64,000 bases of DNA from Podarcis melisellensis (Eukaryota): the NCBI GenBank assembly GCA_964234715.1, contig OZ174280.1. One strand, 5' to 3'. Made by a program: the position numbers and the translations under genes. The notes under the pieces were generated by a model, which saw nothing but the letters and a program-made list of their open reading frames with translations, made no database searches and was not told the DNA's origin. This document shows positions 38,463-51,536 of this stretch, piece by piece; position 1 is the first letter of the stretch; the number at the start of each line of letters is the position of its first letter.

Positions 38463-39132
38463 CAAGAACTGACTTAGTTGGTCTTTAAGGTGCTACTGGA
38501 AGGATTTTTTTTGTTTTAACATAAGCTGTGGTGTGGGAAATAGCCATTATTGGTGACAGCTGCTTGAGAAAGTCTGAGAACAGTGGGGAAGCATGACATT
38601 GGGCCATGGTTCTGAAGGCAGCCATGCTCTAGATTACATTTCGGGAGCCACTCCTAGGCATTTTCAGTAGCACTGCCCATTCCTGCCAGCTGCTCCCCCC
38701 CTCTTTCCTCTGAGCATGGTCAGTCAAGCATGCTAATTTTCCAGCAGAAGTGTTGTCATAATTAGGCAGCTTGTCTGAGGGTTTAGTGGTACTTAACCAG
38801 ATGTGAAAAGGCTGGTCCCCTGGTCCTGGCTTGCTCACAGGAGCTTTTGCCAGATGCCTTGTCACTGATGTTCACGCTGCCCGTAATGGGCTGCCAAGCT
38901 CCCTTTCCCACTGCTTGCCTCTCCTTTTATGCTAAGCATGCATCTGAAAACTTTGTCCACAACCCTCTTATTTGGTTGCCTTCTTAATAAATTTGAAACA
39001 ACTAGAAAACGGGGCCTGTGTGAGGAGGTTGGAAATCCCTTGTACAAAGCAGGAGACAAATTTAGGTAGGAAGAATGATAGAAGCGCGCTTTTACTAACA
39101 GAGAACTACTTTCATAGAGCAGTATATGAGGC

Positions 39133-39254
39133 AGGGCCATAGTTCTGTGGTAGAGCATCTGTTTTGTGGCCAGAAGGACCCAGGTTCAATGTCTAGCATC
39201 TCCATGTAGGTCTGGGAGTGTTCCCTGTCTGAAACCCTGGAGGGCTGCTTTTCA
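39133..39254 (+). mobile_element. tRNA-derived SINE 5' half; tail appears to resume near 40095-40145
   Basis: GGGCCATAGTTCTGTGGTAGAGCATCTG...CCAGGTTCAAT...GAAACCCTGGAG. The tail GAGCTAGATGGACCAAGGGTCTGACTC lies near 40105. Confidence 0.65.
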
Positions 39255-39740
39255 GACAGACCCACATTTCCTTCTGAGCAACCTTGTGGCGGGTGGGACC
39301 AGAGGCAAAAGTGGGTAGAGCAACACCCCTCCCCCTGTATCCTCCACCCAAGCAAACAGGAGGCAATATTGTAGTCCAAGGATATTCTGCCCAGCCAGAA
39401 TTGTTCAAGGAGGCCACAGAGCAGGGCTGGTGAGGGTTGTGGCCTTGGGACAGAAGGCGTGGCTGAGGAGGAACTATGACCTGAGGAGAAACTCAAGATC
39501 CGGATAGAGAGGCATTTGGCCCCTGGGCCTGAACAGAGGAGGATTTATGGCAGCCCTACTGGTTCCTCCACACTGGACACTGAACCTAGGGGGTTCTGAA
39601 GGGCATTACAACTATGACATAGTGAATTAAGCAGAATGGAAGGTGAGAGGTGGGGGGCACTGAATTTTGACCTTGTACCGGGCTCTGCTGAAAGATTGAA
39701 AGAGCAAAGTCTGCCCCTGGCCTGAGGTTCCCCACCCCTA
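39255..39740. mobile_element. Degenerate non-autonomous hAT-like element containing a nested MITE (39534-39719)
   Basis: Shares CAGAGGCAAAAGTGGG.AGAGC and CATTTGG.CCC motifs with 60670-61010. The nested piece is bounded by CAGAGGAGGATTT / AAGTCTGCCCCTG with duplicated GCCTGA flanks. Confidence 0.5.
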
Positions 39741-42700
39741 GTGTTAAGCAGAGTTTAGTTAGTCAGGGCGACTCATATTTTCATACCAAGTGTGCTGCAA
39801 AAGTACTTCGGCACAGAAGCCACAAGCTACACACTGCCTTGTCATGCTGGGGTAGGAGAAGTGAGGCCAAAATTTGACACACACACACACTTACACCCTT
39901 GCATTGCCTTCCCAAAGCCAGGAAAGTGCTAACTGGGCTTTGGAAAGGAGGTGGGAGGACTCTAGAACCCTGTCAGAGCAATCATGCCTCCATCCCAAAG
40001 CCCATCTTCATTATCCTGCTTTGGGAAGGTGGCACAAGGGCTGAGGGGCATCACACGTTGCTGAGGGATGCGTGTGGTCCTTGGGCCATGCATTGGACCA
40101 TCCAGAGCTAGATGGACCAAGGGTCTGACTCTCTAGAAGGCTGCATACCCATTACTGTTTCCTGTGGCTCCAGTGTGCTCCCACCACTGGCCTTTGAAGC
40201 CAAGTGCACCTGATGTCAGCCACAATCTATGTGTATCCTCTCTGTAGGGGACCGGGACCCACAACTTTGCTTTGTTTTAAGCTGCTTAGCCTAAGACAGC
40301 TTCCTATGTTCCTATATATATTTTGGAGAAGGGTGTAAACACCTTTTGTATTAGTAGTCTGTCTCCAGAGATAGGACATCTCTGATTTGTATGATGCTCT
40401 CCTGTTTAGCCAGTCCTGTCTTTAGGCCCAATTCATATGGTCAGTTGAGGTCACAGTGGCTGGCTTCCTCTGACAAGCACAGCATTCATTTCATAAAGAA
40501 CAATAGCTGATTTGTAATGACTTTTCATACAAGTAAGTATCCTATGATAATTACAGTTACACATGGTAAACAGGGTGGTGAGCCAATCCTGTCATTCTAA
40601 TATTAAATTCCTTTCCTGACAGAAGCGTCTCCTGATGCATCTGAGGGGTGTGCCGGATCTAGCTGGTGGGAAATAGGGTAATTTGCTATCAGTAATTTTA
40701 TACCTCTTCTCCTGGTAATGAGAGACTAGCTTTAACTTTGGTATAGAATATTATGAAACAGCCCCCAGATTTTCCAAGCAATGCATTTAAATCAACTTCA
40801 ACTAGGTGTAAATTGGGCATATACTCAACATCAGCTAGCATAAAAACTTTAAGACACTTTAATTACTCCTTGCACAATCCAGGGTAGTTAAAGAGTGAGA
40901 AAATAACTGATTTCTCCCCACTTCTCAATGCATGCTGATGGATGGATTGTAAATGGCTGGCTACTACATAGATTGCACCCTAGGTTAAATGCACAAGTCT
41001 GAGATTTCATTATTTTTGACAAGAAGTGTAGGGTGCATGTGTCTGGTTTTGTTTTGAAGCATTGATCCAGGTTACCTTAGTATCAAGATACTCCTTGGGG
41101 GTCCAGTTGGGCGTGTTGCACACGTTCTCGCACAAAAAGTCTTTGCTAACTAGAGAATGAGCACTTGTTTTGCAGGGAATTTCTGCATTCTGGGGGTGAA
41201 ATTTGGTGTGCCTTGGTTTCTGAAATACCTGAATGTTCAACCTAGAGGGAGCTCTGTTACACAGAGAAGATTAACTGCTATTCACACAGCAGTTGCTTTT
41301 ACAGAATCCAATTATTACTGTTGTTATTTAAAAATTTTATGTGGCTTTTCAGCCAACCCCCGCCCCATAGCCCCCTTTGCAGATGGATAATATATTAGCT
41401 ACAAAAACTTTCTTGGTTCCTCTCATTCTTCCATTTTGTTATATTATTGGAATGTCAGCATGTCATCCATAATGTTACAAAGTAGTGTTTTCTGATAGTT
41501 TTCTTGGGTCATGGTTTGTAGCAGCCATGGCTAGTAATAAAGTGTGACCTCTGAAGCTTCTGGCACAGCAAAGCTGCCGTTATCCCAAGTGCAGCACTTT
41601 AGCGTTGCCTTCAGGAGTGAACGGAAGCTGTTCACTTATATGGGAGAGAGGAAAAGAGTGCGCTTTGGGGTTTGTCCTGTGCTATACCTGAGCCTCATGC
41701 TCCGGTTTCTGGTCAGAGGTAAGGTGCCCTGCCCTTGAGTTTCTTCCAAAGTACAGCCTATTTGTCTTGTCCCATAAAACTTAGTGGAAGCCATTATGAA
41801 CTGAAGCACCGTTTCCATAGCCCTAGCCCACAGTCCTGTGCTGAATTCTGTTTCTGTTTAGAGTTACATTCCAGAGTGAGATTATCCTCTTTTGGTGTAA
41901 TAATTAGGATCAGGCAAAGTGGGGATGAGGATGCTAGCTTCACTGTTTCCTTCAAATGTGAAGATTTGAAGTGGGAAGCCTGGTACTCGTAGGAGCTCTG
42001 CATGTGAGTTTCAGTGGACAGGGGTGGAAGAACGGAAATTCATGCTGGCGCCTTCTCCCTGCAGCTCCTGGGCCTGCCTCCAGGTGAGAGAAATAGAATG
42101 TTCTTCCACTTTCCCCATTGTTCGTTATTGGGCCTCTTCACCGTCAGGTGTGATAGGCAGGTGTCATCCCCAAGTGTAGCATTTTGCATTTCCCATAGAG
42201 ACAGAATGACTGCCATTATCTTAGGGTGCGTTCAGAAGAGAGCTCTTATGTGCAGTTGAAACATCACTCTTAGGACCCTTGTTTTTGTGATTGTAATAAT
42301 TTTAAACTGTTCTTAATATTGCATTTTAAATGGTTGTAACTTATCCTGGGATCTTAAGGTGAAGGGAAGATAAGTAGGAGTAGGAGTAGCAGCAGCAGCA
42401 TATTTTAAAAGTGCAGTTAATTTCAGATGCAGTTAAGAGTGGGATAAGAGATGGTATTATGATAGAGCAAGTTGGCATTTTGCAGAAACATAATCAGTTG
42501 CCTTTAATTTTCAGTATAGTAGCAATTAACTCAGTTTTGTGTTTAGGGTATGTTCTAGCTTTGTAAAGCTCTAGTTGGGTAGGTAGGAGGCACAGCCTAG
42601 GGTGGACAATGCTGATTTTGAAAACACTGTCGAAGGGCAACAGAGGCCTTTGAATTCACCAGAGCTATCTTTGAAAGCTGCGCTTTTCTCTTTCTGCTAA

Positions 42701-43461
42701 CAGGAAGTTAAATATATAAATTATTCAGGCATCTCTTCAAAGTTTGTCTGACTTGCTGAATTTCTAATCAGACAAAAATCAGAAAATGAAAAAGAAGAAG
42801 AAAAAAGGACAACACAAATTTTATTTTTTATTTTTTTCTCTTGCCCGACTAGGAAAGTACTGCTACGGCTGCAGCTGTACATACCTCTTGTACTCCTTGC
42901 CTCTCCACATACACCCATTCCCACCCCTCCCACATGGAGCCTTAGGCCTTTCCTAAGCTGCTTGGCGTGGTCTCACTTTCTTCAGCAACATTCTAACTTC
43001 TAAGAGGCTTAATAGCTAGGGAGATTTGGAGGGGAGTGAAAAGGTGGGGGTTTCTCTCTCTTTTTCAGCCCTGGCTTTAAGGAGTTTATTTTCTTAAGCT
43101 TATTGGGAAGAATATCGAGTGGACTAGTAAGGAGGTTGTGACGGGCAGGCTTTTTCCAGGATTTGGGAATGTTAAATGCACATGCTGCATTGTGGGCAGT
43201 TTTCTTCAAAAATTTCCTGGGGCGTTTCTAACCACTTCTCACAGCTTATTTGATCACTTAGCTCATTTTTGCAGCCAGGTTGATTGCCAGTGAAATTAAC
43301 TTTCTGTCCTCATTGTGTAGGGTGGGGTGGTGACAGAAATTACCTCAAAAAGAAAAGTATAAACCGTGTCACATAAAATGAAGGAGAACCAGGATAGTGA
43401 CAGTACAAATAAATGACAGGACAAAGAATGCCCCTCTAGGGTGAGAGGACGTCTTATTGTG

Positions 43462-43590
43462 AAACTTCCCCAACTTGATGCCTTCCAGATGTTTTCAACT
43501 ACAGCTCCCATCAGCCCCAGCCAGCATGGTAAGGGATGACTGAAATTGTAGTCCTAAACATCTAGAGGGTTCTGATTGTGAAAAGCTGTT
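43462..43590. mobile_element. Degenerate relative of the 10418 MITE
   Basis: CCTTCCAGATGTTTTCAACTACAGCTCCCATCA...AGGGATGA...AATTGTAGTCCTAAACATCTAGAGGG. Confidence 0.7.
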
Positions 43591-46465
43591 GCAGTGGAAT
43601 GAACCACTGTTGTTACTTTTAACTTGCTTTGTGTAAGCTTCTCTGAAAATGTGTTTTCATTAGAGGATGTGATATACATTCATAAAATGAAATAAGTGAT
43701 TGCCCATTGGACATTACAATGAGATATTCAGGGAACTCTGGGACTCAGTTTGTTTACCAACCCTGAGTGCATTGTGGCAATGCCAAGAAGGAACAAAAGT
43801 AAGATGGCAGAATTTGGGTCACACTCTGTCACAAGACAGGTCTTCCCTTGATTATCTTACACGAGCTCTTAAAAGTCTGTTGGCATCCTCTGTATCGTGT
43901 TAAAAGGCAGCTCACTTTATTATATTATTGGGCAGTGTCCAGGTAAGTCATTTGTGTAGCCAGGTAACTAACATATGGATGCTCAGCTCTGAGGGATGAC
44001 AAATAATTTGGTCCAAGGCAGCTCTTTTATGGGATCTTACAATTAGCAATTAAAGCATAAAAAATAGTTCCAGGCAGCAACTGCTAAATAAACGCTTGTC
44101 ACTACTGCTGACTGGGGCTGCTTTATTTCCCTGTGTGTTTCCGCCTCTCTGTATAACTTACGGTGCTGTAAATGCACAGCAGCTGTTAATATGATTCTGT
44201 CGATACATTTACCATGGTGATTTGGCAGTATTTGGCGACTGTGTGAAGAAATCACTCACTGGTTGGAAGGCAAGAAAGACAAGCTGTCAATATCTCAGAA
44301 GAAATGCTAATAACCCTGGTGACAAATTGTCCCAGGAAGTCTCGAAGGGTTAAAAAAGAGAGAGCATTTCCAGAAACGAGGATTCTTGTTTTTGCTCAAG
44401 TGAAGAGAACTCATCTCTCCTAACGCTGCTACCAACTGCTCTCTTGCTCTAGTTACTGGTTGTTTTACCTAATAAATATTCATGGGCTTGTGTGAGTTGA
44501 CTTAGGCATGCTACTATATAGATTAAAGTGTGAGGGAGAGGAGATTCCTTGCAATGTGCTTCTGTCTGATTTGGAGCAATTCCTGATTCCCATTGCAGCC
44601 CCACACCCTCATACTGCATCCCACACCACTGAAGAAGCTGCCACGACCCACTCACCCTAGGAGAGTCTTGTCAAGAGGAGTTGTCTGCAAGGGGGACAAG
44701 GAGGTCCCCTTTTTCTGATCTTCCATTCATTCTATGGATCTCAGGATTCAGCCCTTGATGTGAAGTGAACATTTCACACAATGAATCATTTATTACTGTT
44801 TTAGACCCCAAAAAGAACCCTTTAGACAAGCCTTAGATGAAACAAGGGTTCCTCTCCTCTCATTCTACATTCCACCTGCAGAGGCTAATAAGTTGTGGGT
44901 TTTTTTTAATAGGGTTGCCAGATAACTTCTGTTTAAATATTTCTTGGAACATAACAGTAAATCAAATTACCACCCTTCACAATTTAATCACATGACTCAG
45001 GGTTTTTAAAAGAAGATTGTATCAGCATGAAATCAAAGGAGGACAAAGGCTTTGTTTCTCAAATTCCTGCTCCTTAAGTTTGGTGGAGAAAAAACTGAAA
45101 ATGTGACCATAGGGCACAATAAAAATTAATAAACCAAAAGCAAAATGTCATTATTCTTAAACCACTCCAGCCTCTAAAGAAGTAAGGAGCCCTTAGGAGG
45201 GATGAAACCTGTATTTTACAAATACCCTGAGCCCTGAAAACATACACAGTGCCTAAGTTGCAAATTAAAATATGAAAAATACATGATCACTGCTTTAATG
45301 TGTGCTGCATGCTTTCGAAATTGGAGATCCATCTGGCTCCCACATCTCTGATTTAGGAGTTTAGGATGTTTAGCAAGGTTTTAAGAAAACTTAGGAAGGA
45401 AAGAAACCACTTCAGAAGGTGAAGAGCCCTTAGGCTTTCTTAGTACAGGCATTTCCCCACTTATGCACGATTGACTTGTGTGTGTGGTGCCCGGAAATAA
45501 ATAAATAAATAGATTCAAACCTGGGAATGATAGGAGAGAGCTGGAAAGTTCTTGTTGCTCATCATGAGACCCTCCCCAGAGGCCGAGGAGGATGTCAGTG
45601 AGCCAAAAGTGCAGAAATAAAGATTTTAAAGGCTTTTTTAAAAAAAAAAAAAAGATGGGCTCCACAATGGCGCATGGGAGCTCTCGCTGATGTTACGCTA
45701 TCCCACTCAACAGCTGTTGGGAGGGAAGCTGTGTTGCAGCGGGCTCGGACACACGGTTCCCTGCATTTTCTCGCACTGTGGAGGCAAAGGTACAGTATAA
45801 AACAAAAGGGCATTTCTGATGCCTCTTAAATCACTCTAGTTCCCTGCTTTGACAAGGCTCCCCACTTACATGCATTTTGCTTATATGCACGGGCAGGGAT
45901 GGTGGGCATTCTAGAAAGCATCCAGATTGGGAAAGGATGCTGTAGCTCTCCTAGCCTTGCTTGTCTAGAAGTTTCTGTGACCATGCTCATTCCATGTGTC
46001 TTTGCATGTCCAAACCTTTGACAGGTCTGATATAACATACAGGTTTTTAATGAATGGTTTATTTCCTCTCATTTCCTCTTCCATGTGCAAATGTTCAATG
46101 TTCCTTTTCATCTGAGGGGATATCTAAGCATGAAAGGGTGCTGGTTCCACTGAGCCTGTCTCAGCCCCTTAACTGTGTTTATTGATGTACTCATTGTTCT
46201 ATTAGCATTTTAGTGTTTTTGCAATCATGGCGATAAACAGATCCATAACTGTATCCTGCGGGTGTAGCTGCCCATGTACATTTAGATGCTGATGAGACCT
46301 CCATACAGAAAGTGTCTCCAGATGTGCCTCCTTGGCAGTGTGATACCAACATGCAGCGTCCCCTGCAACCAGTGGCTAGGGGGAAACTGCAGGGTACTGG
46401 GGCAAGGAATAGGAACAAACTTTATCCAAAAAAAAAGTGCTGGAAAGCGCCAGATTTTGCTGATA

Positions 46466-46621
46466 NNNNNNNNNNNNNNNNNNNNNNNNNNNNNNNNNNN
46501 NNNNNNNNNNNNNNNNNNNNNNNNNNNNNNNNNNNNNNNNNNNNNNNNNNNNNNNNNNNNNNNNNNNNNNNNNNNNNNNNNNNNNNNNNNNNNNNNNNNN
46601 NNNNNNNNNNNNNNNNNNNNN
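46466..46621. other. Assembly gap (N run)
   Basis: Run of N. Confidence 1.
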
Positions 46622-49600
46622 TTTGGTCTCAGCACTGTTTAGTGAATCGGTTGGGGTGGTGCAATGGGGGGCGTCTCTGTAACTGAAGTCAGGTTTCGTT
46701 TCCACCACCCTCCCCCTTATTCCCTGGTAACTCAAGTTCCTTGAGAGGTGCTAAAGGCCGAGCTAAAGAAGTTACTGTATCTTCATGATTTAACATTTTC
46801 AAAACACAGGAGTTTGGGGGGTTTAAGGGGGGGATTTTCTTATGTGTTTTTGACTTCACCACCAATTAGAATAGATTTCATTTCTCTCCATAAAGAAAAC
46901 AGCTTTTTTTTTGTCTTTGTAGTATTGTCTTAATCACCATTGTCTTTTGTGTGTCTACTCCAGAGCATAGGTTCTCAAAATCAAGAAATCAACTGTAATT
47001 TTGCACATACCCCTCCCACACCACATGTACTGGGACAAAGAAGCATGGTTGGTCTCATATTTTTTCTACCTTTGGGATCTTGTTTCTGGTGTGGGAAAAG
47101 CAGATGAAAGGAAAGTGCATAGTGTGTCTCATAGGTCTCTGCCAAGTTTTAAGCCCCTTGGGATGGAGGGTTCTCAGGATAGGTCCATTGAGCATCAACC
47201 CTTGCTATTAATGTGGAAGGAATTTACAGTCCACCTTCTTATATTGCACTGATTGGAAGGGGTGGTGGTGATTGACTATTAATTGCCATCCTGAGCCAAT
47301 GTAGACCCTTACTGGGAAGGATGGAGGAGGAATTCCCATCTCTTGTAGCATCTCTTCACATCTCCCAGCTTCAGAGTGCAAGTAGATTTAAAAGACTACT
47401 GTATTAATATTTCGTGTAGGATATATTTTTAATACACTGACTAGCATTTGGCCCACAATAACTATTAATATCAATAAAATGCAGTGTGTGGAGGTGCATT
47501 TATGGGCTTCGTTGTTTCTCAGGTATTGTTGGAAGCAAGGGTGCAAGCTGAAGGTTGTGACTCTGAACCCCCTGCTGTGAGTTTGGTAATTCTGGATATG
47601 TATTGAACTATTTGGGGGTAGCATTCTGGCCCAGAGGTGGACCACAGCATCCCCCCCATAATTCACAAAATAATAGGGTGCATCTGTTGGCTTGTGACAT
47701 GAAAATTCATCAGGTTGCTTACACGTAATGAGAGAAAGGTCACATTGGAGTGAAAAATATGTTAGGGGGCCACTTTTTGTCCAAAAGCCATATTGTGCTG
47801 ACCTGTCCTATGAAGTATTTGCTGTCATGATATTTTGACTTTTCTTTGGGGCAGGATCTCTTTAGCCACTAGAAATGCAGCTTCTGCGCCCCCTAAAGAG
47901 TTATGCGGTACACTGCTGTGCAGGGTTTAGGAATGATATCAGCCATATGTATGAACATTTCAGTTGGGTCATCATCATCTGAAATATTAATGACTGAATT
48001 TCAGGATAGAAGATTAATACATTTAGGTTTCAGGGAAGAAATATCCTTCAAAACCAATAGTTGCTGACAGGGCAGTGGTAGGCAATTTAATCTGTGCCTA
48101 GGATACTGGACAGACAGGTTCTAAAACAGCCAAAAACTGTTATTTCCAAATGGAAACAGGAACAGGTTGGGTGTGGTGGGCTAAATGCTAGAGCCAATAT
48201 ATTTCTAGAGCAGAAATTGGTAGTTAAATTAAGTTGCCTGTGAAATTGCCACCTAATCATTTATATCTCGCTCTTCCTTCAAGAATCTTGTGATGCAGAT
48301 TAAGAGTTTTCCCAGTTTGAGGTAGCTTAGACAGAGGCTTGAATGCTCAAGCTTATGCAGGGAGCTGAATAAGGATTTGAACCCAGGTCTGACTGGACCA
48401 AATACAATTGTCTATCCAGTGTTCCAAGATTGCTGTCATCAATCAGACGCAGGTGACAGATGAAGTAGTTAGAGATGAATAATATTTTTTTAATTTCAGT
48501 ACTTACTTTGTCTGTGTTTATCTTGTGTTGAAGAACTGACTTACAGGGTAATCCTAGCCAAACTTACCTAGAAGTAAGTGTTCCTGAATTCTGTGGAATT
48601 TATTCCCAGGTAAGTGGGGCTAGGACTGCAAACGAAGCTGTACTTGGTTTTCATGTTTGATGGTTTCTGTTTAAGGCTAGGGGTTCTGAAAGCTTCTATG
48701 AGTTAAACCTGGGATTCTGAAGAATAATTCTTTAGTAGAGTCTGAACAGAGCCTTCCTTACACAATATGGGGATGGGTGCTCTGGGAATAGCTTCTGAGC
48801 AATTGCTCCCTACAGAGTCTATGATTGTAGGTCAACCATAGTGATGGTGCACTAAAATTACATAACTCTCATTGGCTTGAAGTAAAGAGAAAAAAGTATG
48901 TATTTGCCACTTACTTAGGTCTAAAGATGCTCTTTTGCCATTAGTTATTGACTATTTACATGTCACACACTAAGCTAGGATTGGCTCGCTAGGCTATTTT
49001 TGGCTTGTGAGGGTGCAGTGAGGATGGCTCAACTCTAAGAGGGCCGCATGCCAGCGGTGGATATAGCCAAAGCTGCCAGTGCACACTAATGCACAGATGT
49101 ACACACTCTCATTGCACATACAACCCACATTCCCACCCACCCACCCACACCCTCACACACACACCGTGGTTTTCCAGTGATCAGCAGAGAAGCAGGGGGT
49201 TCCTCCACATTACATAACTGGGAACAGATGTTCCATTTCTTCTAGCCCAAGTGCTGCAATGAGATCAGTCTCCAAAGAGGATGCGCGACAGCACATCTTG
49301 GGTTTGTGTGCTTTCCAGTTCTCTTTCTCTGGCACAGTTGCAGGGAGAAGGTAAAAAACTTCCACTTCCATTTTACATTGACCATAATTTAGTGTTGCAT
49401 CCAAATCCTAAATTGTGTTTAGTCTTATCTAAGGTTTTATGAAACAAAACAAATTCATAAGGTGGAGCTTAACTTTGACTTGTTTAAGCAAACCATACTT
49501 AAGGTTAACCACAGTTTGTCTGGTCTCGGGCATCATTACTAGTTGCAGGAAAGCAAAAACTTTTGAACTCTTCCCACATCTACACTGTAGGAGGATCACT

Positions 49601-51329
49601 GGTTTGTCCTTGTAACACTAAACCATGGTTTACCATTTCATGCTAACACAGCCATTATGTCTGTCAGTGCAGCTGTCAACCATTTTATTGGATTTTTGTG
49701 ACAGTGCAGCTGAGTATCCCTACGTACACATGTTATGGCCCAAATTAGATTATGGTGTGCAGAAACCAGGCACTACTGAACTTATCCTAATGTGTTCTGC
49801 AACAGTCACAAAAGTGTCTGACTGGATTTGCAGGACTCAGCAAGGGATGGTATGGTACTGCTTCCTTGGAGGAGCAGATCGATAACAGAGGCTGGTGATA
49901 CATGAGGGAAGTTAAGGATGGATAATCCGCTGAATTTACATGACCCTGACTGGCCTGTGAAAGGCTGCAGTTTTGTTGGGCAATTTTCCATTTACTTCCT
50001 GCCCATTGTATTTTAAAATTGCCACAAGATTAGTTTGGGTGCGTGACAGGGAAGCTGACTTTTGTGGTTCAAAGGAGGCACTTCAGAAAGGAATAGAGTT
50101 CCTAACTATAAGAGGTTTGTGTGTGGCTGATCTAGCACATTCCCATTCTTGCCAAATTCCTGGAAGGTCCTACTGTTTTTGTGCTTTTATTGTAATTACA
50201 TTGCATTGCTTGTTGTTTCTTGTGGCCCTTTGAACCTTTCCTTTAGGATTACACCACCTGCTCCTCCAGCTTTGTCACTTGTATGTGTTAAGGTGGATAC
50301 TGGTTTAAAATTAACCAGAAGAGTTAATAAGATATTGAAGACATGCTTCTTTGTTGTCCATCAGTCCTAATGGCAAACTCAGGTGGTGAACGCTGACAGG
50401 ACTGGAGCCAAAAGGGGGCCACGGAGCAGGAGAAGGATATATGGTGCTGGTGCTAATAGCATGCTTGGGGCACCCAAGGTTGCCATAACTTCAAAAATAT
50501 TTTAAAAGTCAGACCTAAGAGTTCAACATCGCCTTCTGCAAGATCTTAATGAGCACTGAGCATGCTCAGTAGCCATGGAGTGCTGAATGTCAGTTGGAAA
50601 AGGAAAAGAGAGAGGGAGAGGGAATGGACTGGAATATCCTGAAGTATGGCATGGCTGACTGGCAATCTGCACAGGAGTACTGCTGTTAGGAGGTGAGGAA
50701 AAGTCCAATAGAAAATATGCTACAATAAAGGATACCCTGCAACATTCAGTGTAGGCCCATTTGTCTACTTCAAAACCTGCAGTTGGTGACACAGTATGGA
50801 TAACATGATGCTGAAATTATGTGCAGTAAACATTTCCGTATACAGTACTGATATAGGACTGCACCAAGCTGTTCTTACGTTACAAAATCAAATAAAAAAC
50901 CCTCCGTTCCACATTTAGGTAAGAGACCATTTGGGAGGGGTTAAATCCCTTCCCCACCTTACCTCCCCCTGCTTAATGTCTGAAGGAGAAGTTTTGGATT
51001 TGACCCTCCCCCTTCTTGGCAGCTGGCCAGTTTATGAAATAGGTAGAAGGAGACAATAGAGTTGGTGCCAAAAAGCTTCAGGTGATTCTGTCTGCATCAT
51101 TTTGAAGAAAGAAAGAAAGATGACTACCTTTAAAATGGGCAAGTCACATTTTGGACTGTTCAGTAGCTCTTAGCACAGACATGTATAAATTATTTGTGTT
51201 CAGTGTCACTGCAGATCTCTTTCCTATTTGGGGCTTTAATTTTTTTTTTTATAATGACAAAATAATAAAAAAACTAATTAAAAAGGGCCTCGGCCAATAA
51301 GGAACTTCACAATGACAAAGCAGCAAATG

Positions 51330-51536
51330 TGCCTGCTTAAAACATTTTTATTTAGGCAAGCCTATCCAGTCATGTAGATGTTAGTGTGTTTTGGTGTTTT
51401 TCACTGTTAATTCTAATTACCTTTAGATGTTTTTAAATGTTTTAAACTGTTTTTATTGATAATGTTAGTATTTATTGCAAACCACTTAGAGGCTTTTCCA
51501 CAGCAAGTTGTATATAAATTCTGTTAAATAAATAAT
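51330..51536 (+). mobile_element. L2-type LINE 3' tail
   Basis: AAAACATTTTTATTTAGGCAAGCCT, T-rich UTR, AAACCACTTAGAGG stem and AATAAATAA tail. Confidence 0.5.

Larger units (their letters stand above)
38226..38517 (-). mobile_element. Penelope-like element terminal-repeat insertion with inverted duplication (292 bp)
   Basis: Squamate Penelope-type end (GGTAGCCGTGTTGGTCTG, AGTAGCACCTTAAAGACCAAC, GAGCTTTCGTG). Perfect 115-bp arms at 38274-38388 and 38390-38504. 15-bp TSD AACATAAGCTGTGGT at 38211-38225 and 38518-38532. Confidence 0.88.

Noticed and set aside
39133-39205. tRNA gene
   Set aside because: The A/B boxes are degenerate and run into SINE body sequence, with no intact cloverleaf. The same applies at 1485 and 9635.
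46288-46325. CTGATGA...GAAA as another hammerhead ribozyme
   Set aside because: No stem II or stem I pairing is possible.
43935-48615. Other CAG|GTAAGT motifs (about 43940 and 48607) as recursive splice sites
   Set aside because: The first has no pyrimidine tract and the second lies inside a MITE. Both are expected by chance.
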